NCBI GenBank assembly: GCA_963814585.1
Contig: CAWFDF010000014.1
Coordinates: 192,001-256,000 of the forward strand
Reading direction: 5' to 3'
Length of the DNA stretch: 64,000 nucleotides
Source of the DNA: an uncultured delta proteobacterium
GTDB lineage: Bacteria; Myxococcota; Myxococcia; Myxococcales; Anaeromyxobacteraceae
A program made the translations under genes and the position numbers. The notes beneath the pieces were generated by a model. The model saw nothing but the letters and a program-made list of their open reading frames with translations. It made no database searches and was not told where the DNA came from. Below, piece after piece: positions 37,941-46,717 of the stretch (its first letter is position 1; the number at the start of each line of letters is the position of its first letter).

Positions 37941-38653
37941 CAGGAGACCTCCTCCGGCGAGGCCCGCCGGGCGTTGCTGGTCACCTGGGCAATGCGGCCG
38001 TCGAGGAAGCGGATGACCCGGTCGGCCATGGCGGCGATGCCGGCGTTGTGGGTGATGAGGACGGTGGTGGTGCCGAGCCCGGTGTTGACGCCCAGCAGCG
38101 CCGCCAGCACCTTGCGGCCGGTGGCGGCGTCGAGGGCGCCGGTGGGCTCGTCGCAGAGCAGGATGTCGGGCCGCTTGACCACGGCGCGGGCGATGGCCAC
38201 CCGCTGCTGCTCGCCACCCGACATCTGCGATGGGAAGTGGTCGAGCCGGCCCGAGAGCTCCACCAGCGCCAGGGCCTCCTCCGGCCTCATGGGGTCCCTG
38301 GCGATCTCGGCGGCCAGCGCCACGTTCTCGCGTGCGGTGAGGCTGGGGACCAGGTTGTAGAACTGGAAGACGAAGCCGACGTGGTCGCGGCGGTACTCGG
38401 TGAGCAGGGCGTCGTCGGCGACGGCCAGATCGTGGTCGCGCCAGCGGACCTGGCCGGCGCTGGGGGCGTCGAGACCGCCCAGCAGGTTGAGGAGCGTCGA
38501 CTTCCCGGAGCCCGACGGCCCGAGCACGACCACCAGCTCCCCCTGGAAGAGGTCGAGATCCACGCCGCGCAGCGCCGGAACGTCCACCTCGCCCATCCGG
38601 TAGACCTTGGTGACGCCGCGCGCCTCGAAGACCGGCGCCCGCGTATCGCCCAC
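37937..38653 (-). CDS. ABC transporter ATP-binding protein (LolD/MacB-like)
   Basis: [31 protein letters not shown]. Confidence 0.95.
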   Translation of the reverse strand: MGDTRAPVFEARGVTKVYRMGEVDVPALRGVDLDLFQGELVVVLGPSGSGKSTLLNLLGGLDAPSAGQVRWRDHDLAVADDALLTEYRRDHVGFVFQFYNLVPSLTARENVALAAEIARDPMRPEEALALVELSGRLDHFPSQMSGGEQQRVAIARAVVKRPDILLCDEPTGALDAATGRKVLAALLGVNTGLGTTTVLITHNAGIAAMADRVIRFLDGRIAQVTSNARRASPEEVSW

Positions 38654-38825
38654 GGCACCCCCTCGCGGACCAGGCGATCGAGCGCCCGCCTGATCCGTCA
38701 GCTGAGCCTACTCCCCGACGGTCCCGCGCCGCCGCGCCATCGCGCCACACCCCGGCTTGTCCTGGCCGCCTTGGCCGGAGCGGATGAGCCGGCCGGCCGA
38801 GGCCTGATCTGGTAAGACCGACGCC

Positions 38826-40094
38826 ATGTTGGCCCCGCTCCTCGCGCTCGCCCTGGCGGCCACCTCCCGCATCGCCGTCCTCCCGGTCCCCGCCGGTGAG
38901 GGGGTCCCGGCCGGCACGGCCGCGGCCATCGCCGAGGCGGTGGCCGGCGAGATCCGGCGGAACGCCGGCTTCGAGGTGATCACGCACCGGGAGATCTCGG
39001 CCATCCTGACGCTGGAGCGGCAGCAGGAGATGCTGGGCTGCCAGACCAGCACCTGCATGGCCGAGCTGGGCGGCGCCCTCGGCTGTGACCGGCTGGTGGT
39101 GGGTGACCTGGCCCGGCTCGGCGAGAGCTGGCTCTTCAGCCTCAGGTTGGTGGAGGTCGGCAAGGCCCGGGTCGCGGCTCGCGCCGACCGGCGGCTGCGC
39201 GGCGGCACCATCGACGACGTCCTCGACCAGCTGCCGGCCATGGTGAGCGAGCTCCTGGCCCGGGCCGCCAAGGCCACCCCGGCGCGCCGGCCCGCGGTCT
39301 CCCCTCCCCCGGCGCGAACCCCCGACCTCGGGCTTGCCACCACGGCGGCCCCGGTTCCCTGGGTCGAGGAGCACGTCGAGGTGGACGCCGGGGTCCGCTC
39401 GCGCCTGGTGGGCTACGCCGACGAGGCCGGCCGCCTCATCGTCACCGTCCCCTTCTCCGGGATGGAGGCGCCGTTCTTCTGGGGCGACGGCAACCGCCTC
39501 TTCCAGCTGCGCCTGCTGGGCGGCGGCCAGGAGGGGAAGGTGGGCTTCGACCGGACCTTCTGGGACCCGCGAGCCCGCCTCCCCGCCGAGGCCAGCCTGG
39601 AGGTCCGCGACGGACGGGCCCGGCTCACCTGCGGCGAGCGTTCCATCCCCCTGCGGACCATCCCGTCGAAGGAGCTGGCCCCGCTGATCAAGGGCAGCCG
39701 CTTCCTGGCTCCGCGCTGGCGCCGGATCCCGCTGGCGCTGGCTCGCGACGACGGCGGGACCTACTACTACGTCGACGGAGCGCGCGGCGCCGACGGGGCG
39801 GCGGTGCCCGCCAGGCCGGGCTACCAGCTCTACGTGGGGCGCAAGGGGAAGCTGGCCCGGCTGGAGCTGGCGGAGACGCTCACCGACGTCGGCGGCCAGC
39901 TCTTCATCAGCCCGGCCGGCCGCCTGCAGGTGAAGCGGAGCGGGACCGGGACGGTGGAGGCGGCCTGGCTGGTCGGCAAGGCGCGCACGCCGCTCACCTG
40001 GCTGGAGCCCTCCGACCACGGCCGGCTCATCCACTCCGAGCTGGGCGTCTACGGCGAGCAGCCCTTCGGGACGCCGTGCGACGGAAGGTTGTAG
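38826..40094 (+). CDS. Secreted hypothetical protein (N-terminal domain with Cx4C, Pro-rich linker, beta-rich C-terminal domain)
   Basis: Signal peptide, RIAVLP, GCQTSTCMAELGGALG...VVGDL; GC3 frame. Confidence 0.7.
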   Translation: MLAPLLALALAATSRIAVLPVPAGEGVPAGTAAAIAEAVAGEIRRNAGFEVITHREISAILTLERQQEMLGCQTSTCMAELGGALGCDRLVVGDLARLGESWLFSLRLVEVGKARVAARADRRLRGGTIDDVLDQLPAMVSELLARAAKATPARRPAVSPPPARTPDLGLATTAAPVPWVEEHVEVDAGVRSRLVGYADEAGRLIVTVPFSGMEAPFFWGDGNRLFQLRLLGGGQEGKVGFDRTFWDPRARLPAEASLEVRDGRARLTCGERSIPLRTIPSKELAPLIKGSRFLAPRWRRIPLALARDDGGTYYYVDGARGADGAAVPARPGYQLYVGRKGKLARLELAETLTDVGGQLFISPAGRLQVKRSGTGTVEAAWLVGKARTPLTWLEPSDHGRLIHSELGVYGEQPFGTPCDGRL

Positions 40095-40121
40095 GTCGGG
40101 CCGGCCACCTCCCGGGCCCGG

Positions 40122-43100
40122 TCACTTCTTGCAGTTCTGCCCGACGTGGCACAGGTTGCAGGTGGCGGGATTGGTCATCCTCGACCTGGTGTGCGGGAAG
40201 TACCAGGCCTTGGTGTAGGCCGTTCCCGAGGTCGCCGCGGCGATCCCGGTGGGCGGCACGTGGCACTGCCCGCACTGGACCGGGTAGAAGTGCCTGGCCA
40301 CGGTCAGGTTGCACGAGTCGCCGCCCGGACCGCCCTTGTGGGCCACGAGGCTGGTGAGCGTGAAGGGGCGGGTGTTGCCGGCGCCCGAGGCCTGCGCCGT
40401 CGCGCCGTTCCAGACCGTCCCCACCAGGTTGCTCCCGGCCTCGTGGCAGGCCGTGCAGGCCGAGTTGATGAGGGCCGAGGCGTGGTCGTAGCCCCTGGCC
40501 TGCCTCCCACCCACGCCCCCGGCATGGCAGGTGGCGCAGGTGGTGCCGCTGCCCAGGGCGGGATGTGGCAGGTTGGCGATGCCGGCCTGCATGGTGGCGG
40601 TGGTGGCCGGGGGCAGCGGGATGGCGAAGCCGCCCACGGCGATGAAGGGCGGGAAGTTGCTGGCGCCCAGCCAGTTGGGCGCGCTGGCCGTGCCCGTGCC
40701 CGGCCAGGAGTGGCAGGCGCTGCAGTCCTGCGTGCCCGCCGCGCTGGTGAAGGGCCCGTGATCCTGGGCGGTGTAGCCGGCGCCCGGCTTCACGTTCATG
40801 TGGCAGTTGCTGCAGCGCCCGGTGGTGCCGTCGAGCAGGAGCGGCGTGGCCGCGGTGAAGCTGGCGTGGAAGCGGGCCTGGGCCCACTCGGCCCCCTGGA
40901 TCCCGGCCACGGTGGAGCGGCCGGCCTGCGTGTGGCAGAAGCCGCAGTCATGGCCGGTGACGTTGGCGTCGGCATGGGTGATCTGGTCGCGGGTGCCGGC
41001 CGGGACGCCGGTGAGCGCGTTGGCCGAGGCGGTGGTCAGCGTGAGCGTGCTGGTGAGCCCGGCCGGCAGGTTGTTGTTGGTGCCCGCCACCGTCCCTCCG
41101 CCGTTGGCGAGCCCGTGGCAGGTCTGGCAGGTCCCCGGCTTGGCCACGGCCGGGTGGAACTGCGTGGCCTTGCTCCAGGCGCTGCCGGAGCTCCTGGCGT
41201 CGGCGCCGTGGCAGGTGCTGCAGTCGACGCCGGCGACGGGCGCGGCGCCGTGGTTCATCCACTGACCGGCGTTGCTGCCGGTGCCCCCGGCGGTCAGCGG
41301 GTAGGTCCAGCTGCTCTGGGTGGACCTGCTGGGCGCGGGCTCCGAGACGGCGTGGCAGTCGAGGCAGGCGGTGGGCTGCGACGCCACGCTGGCGTGGTAG
41401 TCGCCGGTCCTCCAGGCGGTGGCCAGGTACGGCGTCGCGGTGCTCCCGGCCAGGGCGGCGGCGTGACAGGTGGCGCAGGCCTGGGAGTTGAGCTGGCGGG
41501 ACCGGTGGGACATGGCGTAGCGCGTGCCGCTGGTGAGGTCGGCTCGCGCGCCGTCGGCCATCAGCGGGTAGTGGCAGACCACGCAGTCGGCAGGGCTGGC
41601 CGACCCGATCCGGGCGTGGAAGACCCCGTCACGCCAGGTGGTGCCGGGGCTCCGATGGCAGGTCGAGCAGTCGAGGCCGGCGACGCCGCTCACGGCCTGC
41701 CCGTCGATGGTGACGGTCCCGGTGAAGAGGGCGGCGTGGTCCATGGGCTGCAGGTTGGAGCCGGCCGGCTCGACGATCCCGGCCGGTCGCATCTGGGCGT
41801 GGCAGTCGGCGCAGCCCGAGGTCGGCTGCGGCAGCGGCGTCACCGCCCCGCCGACCGATGCGGTGTACCCGCTGAGCGCCGCGTGGAACCGCCCGTCGGC
41901 GAAGGTGGTGACCGCGCCGGCCGGGTCATGGGTGTGGCAGTGCCGGCAGCTGGCCTGGTCCGGCGCGCCAGCCGGGCCCGGGCTCACCTCCACCGGGACC
42001 CGCGCCGAGGTGTGGAGCATGGCGTTGTAGAGGGTGTCCTGGACGGAGGTCATGCCGGTGACCAGGCCGCCGGCCGCGGCGCGGACCAGCGAGATCTCGG
42101 TGACGGTCACGAACTGGAGGGGGGCGCTGACCAGGGTGGCGCCGGGGTAGGCCGCGCCGCCCTTCCAGTCGCCGCCGGGGAAGGCCCCTCCAGGACCGAA
42201 GTAGCTGGCGTAGGACCCGGCGGCCACGGTGGCCTGGTGGCAGCCGATGCAGTCGCCCGGCTGCACCGAGTGGTCGAACTGGCCGGGGAGCAGCGAGGCG
42301 ACGTGGGCGGCCCCACCGGCCACGGCCAGGTCGGGCCGCTGCGACATGTGGCAGGCGATGCAGGTGGCGCTGGCGACCGTGGCCGGCCCGTGCGTGAACG
42401 CGCCGCCGACGAAGGACTGGCGGCCTCCCCAGGTCCCACCGGCGCCGGGGCCGGCGTGGCAGGTGGCGCAGTCCTGCCCATCACCGTGGGTGATGCCAGC
42501 GGAGTTGGTGCCGTAGTCGAAGGGGGCGGTGACATAGCTGGTGCTGGTCCAGCCGGCGGTCGAGGTCGGCCGCTGGCCGTCGTGGCAGGGCAGGCAGGTG
42601 GCGGGGTCGCTGCTGCCAGCCCGGTGGAAGCGCCCACCGGACCAGGCGGGGCTGGAGGCGTCGTGGCAGGCGGCGCAGTCGCCGCTCGCCTCCGCGCTGC
42701 CATGGTCGAAGGTCAGCCCGGCCTGGAGGGCTGCCGTCGCCGCGCTCAGGATGCCAGCCGGCCGGCTGTTGGCGTGGCAGTCGAGGCACGAGCCCGGCTG
42801 GGACAGGGTGGCCGCCGTGAGCGAGGCGTGGTACCGGGCCGGGGAGGTCCCGGCCCTGCCGGTGGCCCAGGTCGCGGCCAGGTTCTCGGTGGGACTGAGG
42901 TGACAGGCGCCGCAGTCGGCCGTGACCAGGCGGGCGGTGGTGGGAGCGCCGCCGGCCGACCAGGCCACGGCATCGTGCTTCATCCCGCCGGAGGGCGGCG
43001 TGCGCGGCGGTGTGTCGGTGACCGGGCCGACCAGCCCGGCGGGGGCTGACCCGGCGTGGCAGCCGCCGCAGGTGAGCGGCGCCGGCTGCGCCAGGTTGGC

Positions 43101-43829
43101 CAGCGAGGAGTGGAGGAGACCCGGGTAGTAGACGCCCACCCTGGCATCGGCGTGGCAGGCCGAGCAGGCCAGGCCCGCCATGTTGACGGCGGTGGAGGCG
43201 TGGTCCATCGCCATGGGAAGGAGCTCGAGCTGCGGTGAGAGCGCGGCGACGGAGGTGCCGGAGTAGCGCGCCACCAGCCCGGTCACGGCGACGGCCGCGG
43301 CCGGATCCGAGACCAGCCCGACCGGCACCTTGACGTCGAGCCAGGTGGCGGGGGTGTGGCAGCGGCTGCAGTCCTGGGCGAGGCTGGTGGCGGGGTCGGT
43401 GGGGATGACCAGGTGGGTGACGCCGGCGACGGGCAGCGCCGCGTAGAAGGCGCCGGCGTCGTGGCAGCTGGCGCAGGTGGTCACGCCCAGGTGGTCGTAC
43501 GGGTGCGTGGTCGGGTCCCGGTGGCATTCCAGGCAGGACGGGTTGTCGTAGGCATAGCCGGTGGTGGTGGTGTGGACGGCCGCGGTGGGAGGCTGGACGT
43601 GGCAGCCCAGGCAGTCGAACTGCTTGAAGGAGTCGAAGGTCCCGTGGCAGGCAGCGCAGTCCACCGCGTGGACCCCGGTGGCGATGGGGAAGGCGCGGTG
43701 GGTCAACGGCGTGAGGGCCGTGTACGCGTAGGTCCCGGGGCTCTCGGGCGTCTTCCCGCAGGCCGTGAGCGAGGCCACCGCCAGCAGCGCGGCCAGCGCC
43801 TGGGGTCGGGAAGTGAAGGACGTGGTCAT
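40122..43829 (-). CDS. Giant multiheme c-type cytochrome lipoprotein (29 CXXCH, 1235 aa)
   Basis: 29 CXXCH counted by hand; LTAC lipobox after ATG 43829; a spare His precedes nearly every motif. Confidence 0.9.
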   Translation of the reverse strand: MTTSFTSRPQALAALLAVASLTACGKTPESPGTYAYTALTPLTHRAFPIATGVHAVDCAACHGTFDSFKQFDCLGCHVQPPTAAVHTTTTGYAYDNPSCLECHRDPTTHPYDHLGVTTCASCHDAGAFYAALPVAGVTHLVIPTDPATSLAQDCSRCHTPATWLDVKVPVGLVSDPAAAVAVTGLVARYSGTSVAALSPQLELLPMAMDHASTAVNMAGLACSACHADARVGVYYPGLLHSSLANLAQPAPLTCGGCHAGSAPAGLVGPVTDTPPRTPPSGGMKHDAVAWSAGGAPTTARLVTADCGACHLSPTENLAATWATGRAGTSPARYHASLTAATLSQPGSCLDCHANSRPAGILSAATAALQAGLTFDHGSAEASGDCAACHDASSPAWSGGRFHRAGSSDPATCLPCHDGQRPTSTAGWTSTSYVTAPFDYGTNSAGITHGDGQDCATCHAGPGAGGTWGGRQSFVGGAFTHGPATVASATCIACHMSQRPDLAVAGGAAHVASLLPGQFDHSVQPGDCIGCHQATVAAGSYASYFGPGGAFPGGDWKGGAAYPGATLVSAPLQFVTVTEISLVRAAAGGLVTGMTSVQDTLYNAMLHTSARVPVEVSPGPAGAPDQASCRHCHTHDPAGAVTTFADGRFHAALSGYTASVGGAVTPLPQPTSGCADCHAQMRPAGIVEPAGSNLQPMDHAALFTGTVTIDGQAVSGVAGLDCSTCHRSPGTTWRDGVFHARIGSASPADCVVCHYPLMADGARADLTSGTRYAMSHRSRQLNSQACATCHAAALAGSTATPYLATAWRTGDYHASVASQPTACLDCHAVSEPAPSRSTQSSWTYPLTAGGTGSNAGQWMNHGAAPVAGVDCSTCHGADARSSGSAWSKATQFHPAVAKPGTCQTCHGLANGGGTVAGTNNNLPAGLTSTLTLTTASANALTGVPAGTRDQITHADANVTGHDCGFCHTQAGRSTVAGIQGAEWAQARFHASFTAATPLLLDGTTGRCSNCHMNVKPGAGYTAQDHGPFTSAAGTQDCSACHSWPGTGTASAPNWLGASNFPPFIAVGGFAIPLPPATTATMQAGIANLPHPALGSGTTCATCHAGGVGGRQARGYDHASALINSACTACHEAGSNLVGTVWNGATAQASGAGNTRPFTLTSLVAHKGGPGGDSCNLTVARHFYPVQCGQCHVPPTGIAAATSGTAYTKAWYFPHTRSRMTNPATCNLCHVGQNCKK

Positions 43830-43894
43830 CTCGGCACCCGGGGTGGCAGGCGACCAGACCGCGGCGGGGATGCCGTTGAACCCCGGAGCGAGCC

Positions 43895-43975
43895 TGTACC
43901 TTGATGAAGTGACACTATCCTGTCGCAGGTCAGCTTGCACATCTAACTGACTGATTACATTGTAGTTTTATGTGC
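43895..43975 (-). promoter_or_regulatory. AT-rich promoter/regulatory region of the giant cytochrome
   Basis: One of the most AT-rich stretches seen by eye; minus-strand GTGCAA-N17-TAGTGT; imperfect palindrome GTGACA-N6-TGTCGC at 43909-43926. Confidence 0.35.
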
Positions 43976-44103
43976 GCAGCCAGGGATTCCGTGGACTTGC
44001 GTAAGGCCTGGGGCCGTCGCGAAGCCACCTTCCGCCCCTTCCCTGGGGCAGCGAATGGCTCAACCCGTCGAGGGGGCCTGGAGGCGCCGGCCAGGGGCCG
44101 ATT

Positions 44104-44188
44104 CGCCGGGCTCCTCGGCGCGCCGGGCTCCTCAGCTTGCCGATCTCCTCAGCTCGCCGGGCTCCTCAGCTCGCCGGGCTCCTCAGCG
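44104..44188. repeat. 17-bp tandem repeat x5 spanning the ABC-F stop codon
   Basis: Consensus CGCCGGGCTCCTCAGCT at 44104, 44121, 44138, 44155 and 44172, with 0-3 mismatches per copy. Confidence 0.9.
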
Positions 44189-46190
44189 CCTCCAGCTCCT
44201 GCCACCGCGCGTACAGCCGCTCCACCACGGCACTCGCCTCCTCCAGCTCGGCCCGCAGCGCGGCCACCGCCGCGCCACCCTGCTGGTAGGTGGCCGGGTC
44301 GGCCAGCGCCCCCTCGGCCGCGCCCTTCCGGTGCTCGGCCGCCAGGATGGCGGCCTCCATCCCTTCGAGCTCACGCTGCTCCTTGAAGCCGAGCCGCGCC
44401 ACCTTGCGGGGCCTGCCGGCGTCCTGCGGCCTCGGGCCATTCGAGGCGGGGCCCCCGCCACGCGCCGGCCGCGAGAGCTCGACCACCGCCTCGGCCGCCG
44501 CCCGCTCGGCCTGCTCCTTCAGCCGCCGGTACATGGCGTAGTTGCCCGCGTACCTCACCGCCTTCCCGCCGCCCTCGAAGGCCAGGATCGACGTGGCCAC
44601 CTTGTCGAGGAAGTACCGGTCGTGGGTCACCAGCAGCACGCTGCCGTCGAAGTCGAGCAGCAGCCGCTCCAGCACGTTGAGGGTGACCAGATCGAGGTCG
44701 TTGGTCGGCTCGTCCAGCACCAGCACGTTGGCCCCTTCCAGGAACAGCCGCGCCAGCAGGAGCCGGTTGCGCTCGCCGCCGGAGAGCGCCTTCACCTTCA
44801 TCTGCTGCGTCGATGGCGGGAAGAGCAGGTCGGCGAGGTAATCCCGTAGCGCCACCTTCCTGCCCGACAGGTCGATGAAGTCCTCGCCCATCGAGGCGCT
44901 TCGGCGCGGCGCGGCCCCATCCGCGCCCCGCCCCCCTGGGGGGCGCCAGCCCGAGGCGCCGCCGCCGGCCGCCTCGTAGACCGTCTGCTCGCCGTCCAGC
45001 GAGGCCCGCTGCTGGTCGTAGTAGGCGACCCGGGTCCGCTTCCCGGTCACCACCACGCCCTCGTCGGGAGGCTCCTCGCCCAGCACCACCCTGAGGAAGG
45101 TGGTCTTGCCCACGCCGTTCGGCCCCACCAGCCCCACCCGCTCGCCCGCCTGGAGCCGGAAGTCGATCCCGTCGAGCACGGTGTTGGACCCGTACCGCTT
45201 CACCAGCCCCTCGGCCTCGATCACCACCGCCGAGAGCCGGGGCGGCGGCGCCACCTGGAACTCGGCCACCTGGGGGCGGACGTGCCCCTGCTCGGCCATG
45301 AGGCGCCGGGCCCGCTCGATGCGCGACTTCGACTTGGTTCGCCGGGCCTCGGGCCCGCGCCGCAGCCAGGCCACCTCCTGCTCGATCCAGCGATCCCGCT
45401 TGTGCTGGGCCAGGCCGGCCTGCTCCTCCGCCTCCAGCTTCTGCTCGAGGTAGGTCTCGTAGTTGCCCGGGAAGGACCTCACGCCCCCGCCCGGGACGAT
45501 CTCGACGATGCGGTCGACCAGGTCGTCGAGGAAGTACCGGTCGTGCGTCACCAGCAGGAGCGCGCCCGCATGCTGGTCGAGCTCGTCCTCCAGCCAGTCG
45601 ACGGTGTCGGCGTCCAGGTGGTTGGTCGGCTCGTCGAGCAGGAGCAGATCGGCGCGGGACAGCAGCGCCCGGGCCAGCGCCACCCGCTTGCGGGTGCCGC
45701 CGGAGAGGTCGGCCACCGGCTGATCCCACGCCTTCACGCCCAGGCGGTCGAGCAGCCGTCGCGCCTCGTGCGCCGTGTCCCAGCCACCCAGGTGCTCCAC
45801 CCGATCCGACAGGGCCGCCAGGTCGCCCATGAGCCTCGGGTGCAGCGCCTCGTCGTGCGGTCCGGCCAGCCGCTCGGCCAGCGCCGCGTGGGCGTCGATG
45901 GCCGCCTTGAGCGGCGCGCGCGCCACCTCCAGCTCGGAGGCGACGGTGGCGCCTGGCGCGAACTCGGGCTCCTGCGGCAGGTAGGTGACGGTGGCGCCGC
46001 GCCTCAGCTGCAGCTCACCACGATCAGGCTCGGTGGCGCGGGCCAGCAGCTTCATGAGCGACGACTTGCCCGAGCCGTTGACGCCGACCAGCCCGACCCG
46101 CTCCCCCTCCTCGATGGTCATGGTGAGGCCGTCGAAGACGGTGCGGCTGCCGAAGGTGAGCCGGAGCCCGGCGGCGTGGAGGAGCGTCAC
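44166..46190 (-). CDS. uup: ABC-F family ATPase (Uup-like, with C-terminal coiled coil)
   Basis: Two ABC domains (GVNGSGKS, LSGG, DEPTNHLD; GPNGVGKT, LSGGERNRL, DEPTNDLD), LGFKEQREL...LYARWQEL; no TM segments. Confidence 0.85.
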   Translation of the reverse strand: MTLLHAAGLRLTFGSRTVFDGLTMTIEEGERVGLVGVNGSGKSSLMKLLARATEPDRGELQLRRGATVTYLPQEPEFAPGATVASELEVARAPLKAAIDAHAALAERLAGPHDEALHPRLMGDLAALSDRVEHLGGWDTAHEARRLLDRLGVKAWDQPVADLSGGTRKRVALARALLSRADLLLLDEPTNHLDADTVDWLEDELDQHAGALLLVTHDRYFLDDLVDRIVEIVPGGGVRSFPGNYETYLEQKLEAEEQAGLAQHKRDRWIEQEVAWLRRGPEARRTKSKSRIERARRLMAEQGHVRPQVAEFQVAPPPRLSAVVIEAEGLVKRYGSNTVLDGIDFRLQAGERVGLVGPNGVGKTTFLRVVLGEEPPDEGVVVTGKRTRVAYYDQQRASLDGEQTVYEAAGGGASGWRPPGGRGADGAAPRRSASMGEDFIDLSGRKVALRDYLADLLFPPSTQQMKVKALSGGERNRLLLARLFLEGANVLVLDEPTNDLDLVTLNVLERLLLDFDGSVLLVTHDRYFLDKVATSILAFEGGGKAVRYAGNYAMYRRLKEQAERAAAEAVVELSRPARGGGPASNGPRPQDAGRPRKVARLGFKEQRELEGMEAAILAAEHRKGAAEGALADPATYQQGGAAVAALRAELEEASAVVERLYARWQELEALRSPAS

Positions 46191-46332
46191 GGGGGCCCTC
46201 CGTGGGCCAGTCCGCGCAACCCGTCGAGCGACGGCATGGCCCGGCGCCGGGCCCCGGCGATGCAGGCTTCGTCGCGGGACGCCAGGACTTCGAACGGCAC
46301 GGCGGCGTGGCGGTCGAGCGGCGGCGGGACCG

Positions 46333-46545
46333 CTAGGCGGCGGTCCCGGCCCGCCCCAGTGCCTCGGCCTTGTCGAGCGAGCGGAGGATCTCCGGGCTCG
46401 GCTCGCGAGAGCGATCCCCCTTCTTCACCAGCCGGTGCACCATCGAGACCGCCTGGGCCAGGTCGCGGTTGCTGTTGCCTCCGCGGGTCAGCACGGTGTC
46501 GAGGGTGCGGAGCCGATCCTTCACCTGCTTGTAGGTGTCGTTCAC
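46333..46545 (-). CDS. Small hypothetical protein (70 aa)
   Basis: AGGAG RBS before GTG, GC3-biased codons, helical charged composition. Confidence 0.6.
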   Translation of the reverse strand: MNDTYKQVKDRLRTLDTVLTRGGNSNRDLAQAVSMVHRLVKKGDRSREPSPEILRSLDKAEALGRAGTAA

Positions 46546-46717
46546 GGTGGGCGCTCCTGGTTCGGGTGGATGGAGAGCAGCATTCCGTGGGGGCGATGCT
46601 CCTGGGGAAGGTGTACCCCGGAGGGGGCCGGAACGCCTAGACCCGGTCGAAGATGGCGCCCCATGCCCCCCGGACGGGCCACGCCCCTCCGGGCGACCCG
46701 CGCGGCGCCGCGACGGC

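Noticed and set aside
43901..43914. FNR box upstream of the giant cytochrome
   Set aside because: Only the TTGAT half matches; the second half is TGACA, not ATCAA.
44104..44188. Possible CRISPR or iteron array
   Set aside because: No spacers and no rep gene; the unit overlaps the ABC-F coding end.
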